The notes beneath the pieces were generated by a model. That model did no database searches and had not been told where the DNA came from. It saw nothing but the letters and a program-made list of their open reading frames with translations. Positions 11,900 through 22,989 of a stretch of DNA of 33,752 nucleotides are shown here, one piece after another. The position numbers were made by a program, and so were the translations under genes. The first letter of the stretch is position 1. Each line of letters begins with the position of its first letter. The DNA is from Octopus bimaculoides (taxonomy: Eukaryota): contig NC_068995.1 of NCBI RefSeq assembly GCF_001194135.2, positions 30,444,902 to 30,478,653 on the forward strand, written 5' to 3'.

Positions 11900-13330
11900 C
11901 AGCTATTTTTCATAGCTCTCCTTTTCTCATAAATTCTGCAAAATTCCTAAATTTTCTAGTTTGTCCTAATCGCAAGTCAACAGTTGCTGCTGGAGATGCT
12001 GGTGGGATACAACGTTCATGGAAAGGTGGATTTAAAGTGAAGGGGTTACTGGAAGGACTGTGATTGGACATGTTATGGAGTGAGGGTGATCTCCAGACCA
12101 GCCAGATCCATGACGCAGAGGCAAGTTTTTGTAAAATAAAACATGCAGAGGAAGATGACAGTAAATCTGAGTGGAGACAAAGGTTAGGGTATTCTGGAAG
12201 TGACTTCATGCTAATCAGCCGAGTGGTCTTCTTTTACGTAGGTCCAGTCAAGGATGTCTTTATTTGTGGTATCAGTGCCGCCCCAAGTTTGTAAAGAAAT
12301 TTATAGGACCATTATAAATCTCACTTGAGCTTTGTTAGTGTTGGTAGTTGTTGGAGGATGAAGTGTTTTATGTCTCTAGAAACATGTTTACAAAGTAAAA
12401 TATGTGCATTAACCAATAGAAGTCCTCAGATGTGTTCTGTTAATGTTCAGTAGTGAAGCAGGGTGTAATATTCTTTTGATACGTGCACCTATTGAGTCTT
12501 TGCACAGTTAAAGGATACGTACGCTTTTGAATGTTTTGAATATGCTGGTTTAGTGAGAGTTGTCTAAATTACATGTGAAGGAAGTATAACTACGGAAGTT
12601 GAGTGAAGAATGAAAGGTGCTACTCTGTGTCGGAGTAGGCGTTGGCAAGTAGGTCATTGATATATATGTGGGAGAATTCAATAGCCAATCGACATATGTT
12701 ATACCAACATATGTTGTACCAGTACCATATGATAGAAAGTCATCGATCGAAGAGACGCGAGACTTCCCCTCAATTGTTATCATTATTGTATTTTCAAGAT
12801 TGCTATACATGTTTCCACTGCACTGTCAAGTAAACTTTTGTGCTCATAAGGTGTGTGCAGCATTATCTTTTGGAAAAGTAGAAGTGTGTTTCTATATTAC
12901 ATTTGGTTTGAATTGTTGAAGGGTTCGTTTTGTGAAAATACTTTAAACGACCTATAAAAAGAAAAGAGTATCTAAGAAGAAGGCGATCAGAATATGCGGA
13001 GAATAACCATGTTCTTATTACGATGAAAACATGGTGGTTAGATCATAATGATGATTGAAGTCTCATCGAAGTAATGCAATAAGGCAAGTGTACTATTTGA
13101 AGGAGCAGAAGAAGGGTTAAAACAGGGCGAAATACTCTCAGATGAAAACAAAACCCCACAAATAGACTATCATCACATGAAAAGCACCTGCCCAGATATG
13201 GTGGAATGTAACTTGTTTAGCTCAACACAGGAAGTGCACTAGGTTCCAATATAAAGGGTGGTGGATGGGCAAAGCTGTGGAGGTCTCTGACCTATACTTG
13301 AAGGTGGCTTTTCACACGTAGGAGTGACTT
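11900..13330 (-). mobile_element. Highly decayed CR1/L2-group LINE reverse transcriptase region
   Basis: Ordered weak motifs on the minus strand: FRPVL (cf. YRPVSL), IEGK..IDDFLS (cf. GIEGK.L.WI.DFLS), HIYINDL, and ERCI..AATVDL near the end. Many stops. Confidence 0.45.
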
Positions 13331-13384
13331 TACTGGATTAATAGTTTTTAATTATATTTCTTTTAATTATACTGTATGCCCCGC

Positions 13385-13600
13385 CGCCCGGTGGTGCAAG
13401 TGGTAGACACATTAGAGCATCAGACAAAATGCTTTGTGGTATTTGTTCCGGCGCTTTCCGTGCAGAGTTCAAATCCCGCTGAGGTCAACTTTGCCTTACA
13501 TCCTTAGATCGATAAAACTAAGTAACAATCAAGTACTGTGGGCCAGTATAATAAACTAATCCTTTCCAGATTTCTGGTCTTGTACCTATATTAGAAACTC
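13385..13600 (+). mobile_element. tRNA-derived SINE, family 2
   Basis: Head GGTGGTGCAAGTGG..AAAATGCT, B-box-like GAGTTCAAATCCC, then GAGGTCAACTTTGCC..CATCC..GATCGATAAA. Homologous to 21183-21475. Confidence 0.75.
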
Positions 13601-13688
13601 TTATATTTTATTTTGTGAATTTTGAAATTAGAGTATTCCATATACCTGAATATATTGTATAATATCTATTCCACTCCTTTCGTTTTTA

Positions 13689-14040
13689 TCAGGTCATCCT
13701 ATAAGTTCTGTCCGATTTTACCTTTTTTAAAATTGAATAAAATTTAATGATATTTTAGAATGTCTAATGGACAGACTACCATTTATTTCGTAGTTTACAG
13801 AATCATTTGGGGGACATAACTTTCGCAAGCTAGGAGGAGATCGAAACTGACATTTCAGAGTTCTTCACTTTGAAATCAAAAGAGTTTTGCATTGATGGGA
13901 TTAAAAAGCTTGTAAATAGATGGAAGGAAGTCATAGATAATCAGGGAAAGTACATTTATGATTAAATTTCAATTAAATATAACATTTGATCACTTGTTTT
14001 CTTTAATCAAAATTCGGACAGAACTTATGGGATGACCTGA
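13689..14040 (+). mobile_element. Mariner internal-deletion derivative (MITE-like), 352 bp, complete ends
   Basis: TIRs TCAGGTCATCC(T/C)ATAAGTTCTGTCCGA (27 bp, 1 mismatch), with TA on both flanks. The interior encodes DYHLFRSLQNHL..GIKKLVNRWKEVIDNQGKYIYD*. Confidence 0.93.
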
Positions 14041-14245
14041 TATATACACCCACATGTTTTTGTCATGGTTATGTAACACATTCTATGTACGAATGAGCCC
14101 TGGTGGTAATAAAAGAAATTATTTTTACTGTTATTGTTCAACAGTTTACCTCTGTACATTGTATGAGGTGGGTTATACTATTGTTAGCGTTGTTTGTTCG
14201 TGGCTTTTGATGACGACGACAACGACACTGCTACTACTGTAGTAT

Positions 14246-14247
<2 letters not shown>

Positions 14248-14298
<51 letters not shown>
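14248..14298 (+). repeat. (GAT)n microsatellite
   Basis: Direct reading. Confidence 0.97.
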
Positions 14299-14299
<1 letters not shown>

Positions 14300-14515
14300 G
14301 GAAGGAGAATGAGAAAGGGAACGAGTATATGGAGTCTCGTATTCATTTATTTCTTCTTCGTCTTTTCACAATTATCTCTTGTTTGTCTATAAATGAGTCT
14401 TTAGTCCAACAACAAACATACCTTCTTTCTCTCCTTTCCTTTCTTCAGCCTTTTCTTCCTCCTTTATTTCTTTTTCTTTCACTCTTTTTCTATCAGAGTT
14501 TCTTTCCCTTTTACC

Positions 14516-14520
14516 TTCTC

Positions 14521-14597
<77 letters not shown>

Positions 14598-14625
14598 CCA
14601 CTCTCTTTCTCTCTCTCCTCTCTGT
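14516..14625 (+). repeat. (CT)n microsatellite
   Basis: Direct reading. Confidence 0.97.
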
Positions 14626-14654
14626 TTTTACTCAGGATCATTATTTAGTAATGT

Positions 14655-14985
14655 CTGAACCTTACGGTCTAAATTCAAATCGCCTCGAGATTGATTTTGC
14701 AAGTCATCTTTCCGAAGGAGGACCAGTCAAGTTTTGAAGATGATAAAATCGACTGTTCCTCTCTTTACAAATTATTAGTCTTATGCCTTTGTTAGAAATA
14801 GTTATTATTAAATGGTGTTAATAGATTCGTTAGAGCGTCAAGAAAAAAATGCGTTGCTCCCATTTGTTGTGATTCTTTAAGCTTTGAGTCAAAACTCACA
14901 TAGGTTAACTTTGCTATTCATCCAACCAGAGTCGATAAAATATAGTACCACTTTAGTACTGGGGGTCGATGTAATTGACTAAACC
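14655..14985 (+). mobile_element. Two tandem old family-2 SINE copies
   Basis: 14655-14805 (AATTCAAATCGCC..TTTGC..CATC, tail TTAGAAATAGTTATT) and 14810-14985 (AAAATGC..TAACTTTGCTATTCATCC..GTCGATAAAAT..TACTGGGGGTCGATGTAATTGACT). Confidence 0.6.
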
Positions 14986-15479
14986 ATACGCTTTCTGACA
15001 TTTTGTTAAGCGAAGAAGTATAGCAAGAAACGTCAGGCTCCAAAACCTGAAAGTAGAGAGCTTTGACGAGACAAAGAAGGTTCAAACCGATAAAACACGA
15101 ACCAATAAAATCGGAAGACCCCACCCCCACTACATCAACAACAACAGTAAACCTCAAAATTCAAAACGACTACAGCAAAAGAAAATAAAGCAAAAACACC
15201 ATATAAAATCATAATCACAACAAAAACAACAAAACAAACATTTACAAAACCCACGAAACTCACAATTGATACCGTATCAGCACGTAAGCACAATTACAAC
15301 AATCTCAGAAGCAAAAGAAACAACAAAAACAGCAAGAACTACAGATAAACTATGCTGTTCTCACACGAAAGAGCGGTAGACATATGAAGCACGTGGTAAT
15401 ATAAACACGAACTTTAAAACAAAGGAATGACATCGGAGAGTTTCTTTCAAAAGTAAGACCCGATTGACTTCTGGTAAAG

Positions 15480-16480
15480 ACCACGTCACTAAAAATTTAC
15501 AAACATTTATTTAACACGTTCTTAGGAGACATGAAGTGGGATTTGAATGGGAAAGTCGTTAAGCAATGCAAAAGGGAAATTTGGGGGAAACACGAGAACT
15601 TAATAACCCGGTTAGCCTGGATGAAACGAATGTGCACTTTTCCACATAGACGCCTAATATGGTTGGACTGAGACCAAGTTGTATAAATACGAATATACAT
15701 GGACTGATGTCTGCCTGGAAACAGGAATACTTTCTTAACGAACTCACATCACTATGTATAGACGTGCTAACCATGAGCAAGACTTAAATTTCAGATGTTA
15801 TGTCACTTGTGCTTCTAGGCGATTAAGAGAACATACACACCCTACCAGTTCGAATAAGGAACCAAAGCCACTTCGGAAAGGTCAAGATTTCGATATAAGG
15901 ATGATTTTCTGAATGAACATAGATTGCAGCAAACAGACTGATGAACATAGACTGCAGCAAAGTTGATGTCTTCACACTTGTAGCCAGCTCATGGAAAATG
16001 AGATCTAAACAAGGTATGTTCAGAAAAGGAATGTCTCCTTACTCAAAATATTTGCCAAGGAAAGAAAGAGTAAGGGAGACTATAACACAATCTTATCTTT
16101 CAAACTGCAGAGAGAGTTTCCATGGGCTCTTAAACAAATAGCTGGTTGGAGTCGTAGCTGGTGTGAGACAGAATATGAGCTCTCTTGTTCAAGACAGGTC
16201 TTATGAAAGGGTGTGCTCGTTCTACATGGACAAAGTAGTAGAGCTGAAAATTAGAGGGACAAAGAAATAGACAAAAAAGAAGAACGACAAACCTCCCTTC
16301 TTGAGGGTTTTAAAGTATATTTGGACAAATGGAGGATCACAGCCGCAGATGGACGTTGAATTTTGGCTTATCGTCACCTTTTCGAAACAGTATGACCTAC
16401 AACAATACGCGGTCAAATACAGCCTGCATGGAACTGCAGAGCTTGATGACCTTGATGGCCACAGAGCCATCCCTCAGTTC
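15480..16480 (+). mobile_element. Decayed Tx1/L1-like LINE: probable ORF1 end plus ORF2 APE-endonuclease start
   Basis: NIHGLMSAWKQEYFLNELTSLCIDVLTMSKT (cf. N..GL...K...D....ET) and GDYN motifs in order. Contains a 21-bp internal duplication at 15913-15933 and 15941-15961. Confidence 0.45.
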
Positions 16481-17300
16481 TATCCTTTTTCATGAAGTAA
16501 GACTCGCGATGAAGACCAAAAATCCTAGTTGTACATATGTGATAGTAAAAGCCATCTGAGGGTGTTCTCAGAAGAAAAATAGGGGCGAAAAGTAAAAGGA
16601 ATTTGGAAGATGGCGACACTGGCAAGAGGACCCTGAATGGAAGAATCTGACTGCTGCTATGGATGTTCCCACAATACTACTGATTGAATCTCTGAGGATA
16701 GCACGAGTGAAACAAAGGATACGCATTTTTCCAGCCATTAAAACTATTAAATATAATATCTTGATTATAAACCTAATATTCTCTTCTGTTCTTCAATTTT
16801 ACAACTGAAACATATTTCACACTTGCCAAGATTTATCATAAATATCAAATTATATAAAGTTTTTTGTGAAAAAAAGAATGTTTTAAATAAACATATAAAA
16901 AGGCAAGACATGATAATCATTATAAAACTTAAGACATTGTCAAAATAGTTTCATAAAACTGGCATTGATTTCAAGTTGTCATGTAAGAAAATAAAAAATA
17001 ACAGATTTCCAGAATTTTGTTTTCTAAGCGATTTTGATTTGAATAAGGATTTCAGTGACATGGAAATTATAGATTAAAACAAGAATTAGAGAACATTTTT
17101 TAACTGAGTTCACAGAAGAGAAAAAAAACAGATGACATCAACTGTTACAAGCAGATATTGGCGTTGGTTTTTGACAAACATTGGCAGTAATCTGTTATAA
17201 AACTAAAAAGTTCAGTCGATCGTTGACAAGACACGTCTTTCCTTGATTCGTAATTCGTTTGAAAACCCAATTCATAATCTGCATCTTGTTTATTTCAATG

Positions 17301-17301
<1 letters not shown>

Positions 17302-17348
<47 letters not shown>
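17302..17348 (+). repeat. (TG)n microsatellite
   Basis: Direct reading. Confidence 0.97.
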
Positions 17349-17351
<3 letters not shown>

Positions 17352-18069
17352 GTCATCTCATTGTCTTTCTTTGTTCTTTTTCTTTCAATTTTCATCTTTT
17401 CACACAAACAGAATACTAAGATACTGTTAACCTATCCAGATTGTAATGTTTGTTATAATGGACATTTTTTAAGTATTGCAGAGAAAATATATTGGTTCGA
17501 ATTAAGTAACGGTGCTTGAGATGTTAAGGCGTTATTAATGTTACCGTCAATTTAAGATAATTTTTTTTATCGTAGGGTATATATTTACAATGTTTATTGT
17601 ACATTACGTTTCGATCGGCCTAAAAGTAGTAAAGTGTTATATAGTGACAGTAAACACGACAAATTATTAAATCTGCACAATTTCGCTCGCATGTCTTGAA
17701 TGATGAAGTACACTTGCGAAGCGAACTTCTAAAGTATAAGGACATTCTCGCTCGCATAAAACAGTAAGTTGTACTTGGTACTACTACATGTAAAATAAAG
17801 AAAACTCAAAACGGACTAATGAGAGTGTACAATTTATACTAATATATATATAAACGCACTCACATGCGCTCACACCCACACATGTTTAGCAATGAAATTA
17901 AATTTTTTTGTGTGTATGTTAGAAAATTTCGACTGGTCCTGCGATAGATTATTATCTTTAAATTAGGTATGCTGCCGTTTTGTAATTCCCGTGAACGACT
18001 AATTTTTAGTCTCTATGTTATGTTCTTCGTTTTTTTCCATTGAGTACGGTTGTGAAACTAATTGTTAAA

Positions 18070-18650
18070 GGCTTAGTGCCTAGTGCTGATTTTGTTTGTT
18101 TTGCCTACAGGCCGTGATATTTGTTTGTAGTTTTCCGCCATTACGGGCGGAAAATGAGTGAAATGGTGCAGACGCCCCAGCCGGCTCGAGAGGCAACTGA
18201 GCCTGCTAGAGCCGGGACCTACGCTTCTGCAGCGAGTCAGCAAAAGAACGCTGCCACCGTTAACCTCGAAATTGAGGAGGTAGTGGTGGTGATGGATGAA
18301 CGCATAATGGAGAAAAGCAAACAATAAATACAGATGGAGGGACCAAGGTTAAAGTTGACGCCACCTGAAGATATTACCAAGTTACAACGACAAAAACTTT
18401 TGAGATACAGAACCATGTCACTGAAAACCAAAAGCAGATTGAAATAGTAAGTGAGGAGGTAATTGAAAATTGCCTCCAAGAAATAATGAGCAACATAATA
18501 TTCTTAAGTAGAGGAAGGAGTTACGGAACAGCAGAAGTGCGTTTTGCAACCATAGAGGAGGCTAAAAAGCACTCCACGATGCCACTAAGAACAGAAGAAT
18601 GGGTGCTCCTGCCAACCTATCTCAGCAAGCGTGTATATAAGGCTTCTATA
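18070..18650 (+). mobile_element. Probable LINE 5' region/ORF1 fragment (RRM-like), frameshifted
   Basis: MSEMVQTP..TYASAASQ.. then ENCLQEIMSNIIFLSRGRSYGTAEVRFATIEEAKKH..LLPTYL in shifted frames. The higher GC and YASA motif are typical of ORF1p. Family assignment is from recall. Confidence 0.45.
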
Positions 18651-18708
18651 TAAGGCCCGTGTGGCTAATAAAGTATCCCCGTGAACGAACAATTTGTTGA
18701 GATTCCTG

Positions 18709-18802
18709 TTCATCCTGATGAGTGGGGGGGGGTCATTGCCGAGATGCACCTTAACTCGTAATCAAACTGCGGCAGTGAACTCCCGAAATGGCCATAGAAG
18801 TG
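18709..18802 (+). ncRNA. Hammerhead ribozyme-like motif (type I, long stem II, palindromic stem III)
   Basis: CTGATGA at 18715-18721. Stem II TCATTGCCG/CGGCAGTGA extends by G-run/CTCCC. GAAA at 18785-18788, palindrome ATGGCCAT at 18788-18795, NUH = AUA. Stem I is weak. Confidence 0.65.
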
Positions 18803-19006
18803 TTTGACTTGATTTTGTGGAACGCTCTTATGCTCCTAGACTCCAACCTAATTTGGTTTTTATGAAATTAACTTTTTTGACATATTTTTATTTGAAGGAA
18901 GTAAGAAAAAAAATTTTTTTTAGTCGATTGATATTTTATTTTACTTAGATTTTTAGTCGCATGACACGCTAATTTTTAGTTGACTGTATATACCTTCTTG
19001 GTATAT

Positions 19007-19048
19007 ACAGGCCGTTCTATATATTTGACAGGCCGTTCTATATATTTG
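19007..19048 (+). repeat. Perfect 21-bp tandem duplication ACAGGCCGTTCTATATATTTG x2
   Basis: Direct reading. Confidence 0.95.
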
Positions 19049-19399
19049 TATTTTTATTTGCATATATATTTTTATCTTCTGTGTTTTTTTTATATATGTA
19101 TTCTTTATATGCTAAAGGCTATGGTAATACTTATATATGATCAAATGTATGAAAGCGCGGTGTTATATAAAGTCGTTGATTCGAATTTGATGTTTGTTCT
19201 CAAATCAATGCTTTTTATCTGTCTCAATTACATTTGAGGACTTCTTTTTTGCAGTCTTATAAACCCTTTTGTCTCCATAAAAAGAGGCAAAAATTAGTAC
19301 TTGTGTATATATATATATATATATCAGCATCACTTCGCTGAAGAAAATTATGAAGGCTGTTGTATATGTATANNNNNNNNNNNNNNNNNNNNTATATAT

Positions 19400-19510
19400 A
19401 TCCGACAGGCTTCTCTCACTTTCCGTCTACCCGAGGCTATAGAAGACACTTGCCCAAGTTGGACTGAACCCGGAGCCATGTGGTTGGGAAGCAAGTTTCT
19501 TACCACACAT
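19400..19510 (-). mobile_element. Family-1 SINE head fragment
   Basis: Aligns with 22185-22335, with internal deletions. B-box-like GGGTTCAGTCC on the minus strand. Confidence 0.8.
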
Positions 19511-21182
19511 CGCGTGCACATATACACGCATATGTATATGTATGTATACATACGTACATATGTGTGTGAGTGTGTGTGTGTGTGTGTGTGCGCGTGTGTG
19601 TGTATGCTTGTGTGTGTGTATGCTTGTGTGTGTGTAAAATATAATCATTTTAAGATCTTTAGTAAATGTTAAACTTAAAAAATAACGATTAAAAGAATCG
19701 GGGAAAATATTATCAAGCATATGATAGGATAATTAAGTTCTCTGCATATAGGAAAAAGGAGGAATAGTCAGAGATGGAATGTTTTCAGGCATAGGTTTAC
19801 TTGATCAGAGTTAACGTGGGACAAAGTAACAGTGTCAACAAAGACTTTTCAGCAAGAATTATAAATAAATTTGAAGCACTCACTGTTAAAGCTAAACTTA
19901 CGCGACGAGAGTTATAGAAATCAAAACAAAAAAAAATACATCTTTGTGTCTCATGATTACAGTGATTGAAGATATACGTCTCAGAGCATCCGAAATCAAT
20001 AGATGAACGTTGTTGTTCGTGGCAAATAAATTTTAGTGTTTATAGAATTCTAGTATCGATATAGATACTGTAACGATTAAACGATATTGAAGTGGTGCCA
20101 TAGAGTTAAACATAAAACACAAGAATTATTAAGCAAGCAAAGTCGAATGCCTTCGTTAAGATGAAATGTAATTGACTGCGGGAAGAAATTGTATACGATA
20201 GCCATTGTCCTTCAGTGTAAACTAAACGACAATTTCCTCTAGCGCAGTTATGAATTAAAGAGAAGCTATCTCGAATATAACTTCAGAAATTAAAATTTCT
20301 TGATTAATAAACTTCTCTCAAATACAAACCAAATTTTTTTGTTATTACATACAAAACTATGTTACCAACGAAAAGTACATTCGACAAAACGAACTAATGA
20401 GTGAGCTTCTATTTATTTACTCAACTTTTATAGTAGCAGTCAGTTTCCCTCGTCTCACATTCTGAATTAAAATAGGTAGGGCATGTTAGCCAATATAGTC
20501 CTGGATATAAAAATAATATAGGAACGTCACGACTAAAACACATTTTATTACAGGTCTGCATAATCATGGTTAATCTAGTGTTAAACAATAGTATCAAGCA
20601 AAAATGATAGACCCTTTGCTATGGATTTTAAACCTTCAGCTTCACTTTTCTTTGGACATCAGAAATGAAAGTAAAATAAAATGCCTTTTGTGCAAATATT
20701 CAGAAAATTCACTCGAGAAACTTAAATTACTGTGCAAAATGTTTGACGGTACCCTGAAGATAATATTGCGCCAGCTTAGCAACCTTGTAGCATTTGGTAT
20801 AATTCAACCAGGTCATATATAGCACATACCATCATAACGAAGTCACATGGTATATACCATCACAACCAAGCCACGTAACTGTCACACACAGTGGAACTAC
20901 CATGGAGTACTTCGGTCTGCTGGAAATAGGGGCCAATTCTTCTTTAAAGAAGAAGAATTTGTTAAAGGAAGAAACAAGTTGTCTTGTGTTGGTTACATCG
21001 AAAAGGATCCGTGAATTGTATTTTAGAAAGCATAAAGGAAAGTAAGAAATTATTTGCGGTTTGAGATGTTAAAGAAGAGAAGTTCAAAGATGGAATCAAA
21101 TACAAAATCTTTTCCCTGAAGACGGAGGCTTGTCTCATCCTATGATGGAATCAATCTACAAACATTATTATGGACTGACGAA

Positions 21183-21475
21183 GGCAAAATGCTCATCGGC
21201 ATTTCTTTGTCTCTCTTTCTCTCCCTCTCTTTTTCTTTCTCTCTCTCACTGTCTATCTTCGCCACCGCCCTCACCGTCTCTATGCCTACTATTACTCTCA
21301 CCCCAGTATGAGCAATAGTAAAAGTGAGAGTTCAAATTCCGCCAAGGTCGGCTTTGTCTTTCATCCTTTCGGGGTCGATGAAATAAGTACCATTTGAGCA
21401 CTGGGGTTTTGTAATCGAATCACCCCAACCCCGAAAATTTCAGGCATTGTGCCTATAGTAGAAAGGATTATTATG
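21183..21475 (+). mobile_element. Family-2 SINE carrying a ~120-bp foreign insertion
   Basis: GGCAAAATGCTCATCGGCATTT, then the insert, then GAGTTCAAATTCCGCCAAGGTCGGCTTTGTCTTTCATCCTTTCGGGGTCGATG and tail GTAGAAAGGATTATT. Confidence 0.8.
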
Positions 21476-21604
21476 GACCGCCGACCCCCCGTAAATAGCT
21501 GTTGGATTTGTAATTCTTTTCCTTCACCCTTTTAATTCTATATATCATTTGTACTCTGTGTAAGTTGGACCTTTTTATATGTGTACACATTTTTTGTATT
21601 TCAC

Positions 21605-21886
21605 AGCTCCGATGAGTGTTTCAGTTGACCCAATCAACGGAGCAGTCAGCTGAGCCCTCCACAGACACGTCTACTCCTAGCATAGTTCTCAAGAAAATTT
21701 AGTGTCACACAGAATGTGACATGGCTGGCCCTCGGATAACAGGTACTACTCAATTCTGTCAGCTGAGTGGACGGGAGCAACGTGAAATAAAGTGTCTTGC
21801 TCAAGGACACAACGCGCTGCTGGCTATCGAACTCACAACCTTACGATTGTACCGAATACCCTAACCACTAAGCCACACTCCTTCAC
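21605..21886 (-). mobile_element. tRNA-derived SINE, family 3
   Basis: Minus-strand A box TGGCTTAGTGG and B box GAGTTCGATAGCC, followed by the GTGTCCTTGAGCAAGACACTT central motif. Confidence 0.85.
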
Positions 21887-21891
21887 ATACA

Positions 21892-21930
<39 letters not shown>

Positions 21931-21932
<2 letters not shown>

Positions 21933-22349
21933 TTTACTCTTTTACTTGTTTCAGTCGTTGACTGCGGCCATGCTGGAGCACCGCCTTTAGTCGAGCAAAT
22001 CTACCCCAGGACTTATTCTTTGGATGCCTAGTACTTATTCTATCGGTCTCTTTTACCGAACCGCTAAGTTACGGGGGCCTAAACTCACCACTATCGGTTG
22101 TCAAGCGATGTTGGGGGGACAAACACAAACACACAAACATATACACACATATACATACATATATATATATATATATATACATATATACGACAGGCTTCTT
22201 TCAGTTTCCGTCTACCAAATCCACTCACAAGGCTTTGGTCGGCCCAAGGCTATAGTAGAAGACACTTGCCCAAGGTGCCACGCAGTGGGAATGAACCCGG
22301 AACCATGTGGTTGGTAAGCAAGCTACTTACCACGCAGCCACTCCAACGC
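21931..22349 (-). mobile_element. Near full-length family-1 SINE with internal (TA)/(CA) microsatellite
   Basis: A box TGGCTGCGTGG, B box GGTTCATTCCC, CCTTGGGCAAGTGTCTT motif, internal repeat at ~22130-22187, tail GAAACAAGTAAAAGAGTAAAAG. Confidence 0.9.
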
Positions 22350-22399
22350 ATATATTTATGTATATGTGTGTATAGGTATGTATTTATATATGTATGCTT

Positions 22400-22900
22400 G
22401 CATGCATGTATGTATGTATGTATGTATGAAGAGAGAAAGTGGGTGAGAGAGAGAGTATGAGTGAAATGATACGACGAAAGATAGAGAATAATTTAAAGGC
22501 GAAATCGGGAGTATAGAAAAAAAAAGAGAATATCAAAGAAAAATGGGTTGAATGGGTTTGGAAATAGAGAAGAAATGGCGAGGAATTAGAAGACAAAATA
22601 ATGGAAACGAAATAAAATAGAAGTATTTTTTGTTCTTCTTTATAACCGATGGTAAAAACAAAAATAGATGAGAAGAATGAAATAATGCGTGAAAGATAAC
22701 CAGAAAACAGTGAGCAGGTGAAAGAAAATGAGGAGATTTAGAGAATGTACGAGAGAGAAAATAGGAGAAAGAAAGCAGAAAAATGTGAAAAGAGTTGGAT
22801 AATCAAAATGGAAATAGGTGATTTCTCTGAAAATTGAGTAAAAAGAAAAAGTGGGGGAAAGAAATCAAGAAAATAAAAATGGTTGGTTGTTAAAATAAAA
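22400..22900 (+). repeat. Purine-rich (GA/AAG) low-complexity tract
   Basis: Strong plus-strand A/G skew. Confidence 0.7.
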
Positions 22901-22989
22901 TTTATGGAATTTTAAGGAAAGAAGGAAAAAAAGAGTTATTCAGAGGAAAAGAAACAGTTTTGTTAGTGTCTTTATTGTTGGGGGGAGTG

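Noticed and set aside
15936-15960. CTGATGA words here and at ~23683
   Set aside because: No downstream stem II, GAAA and NUH arrangement.
20604-21040. Short ORFs MIDPLLW.. and MEYFGLL..
   Set aside because: No motif, splice support or codon-bias evidence. Such lengths are expected by chance.
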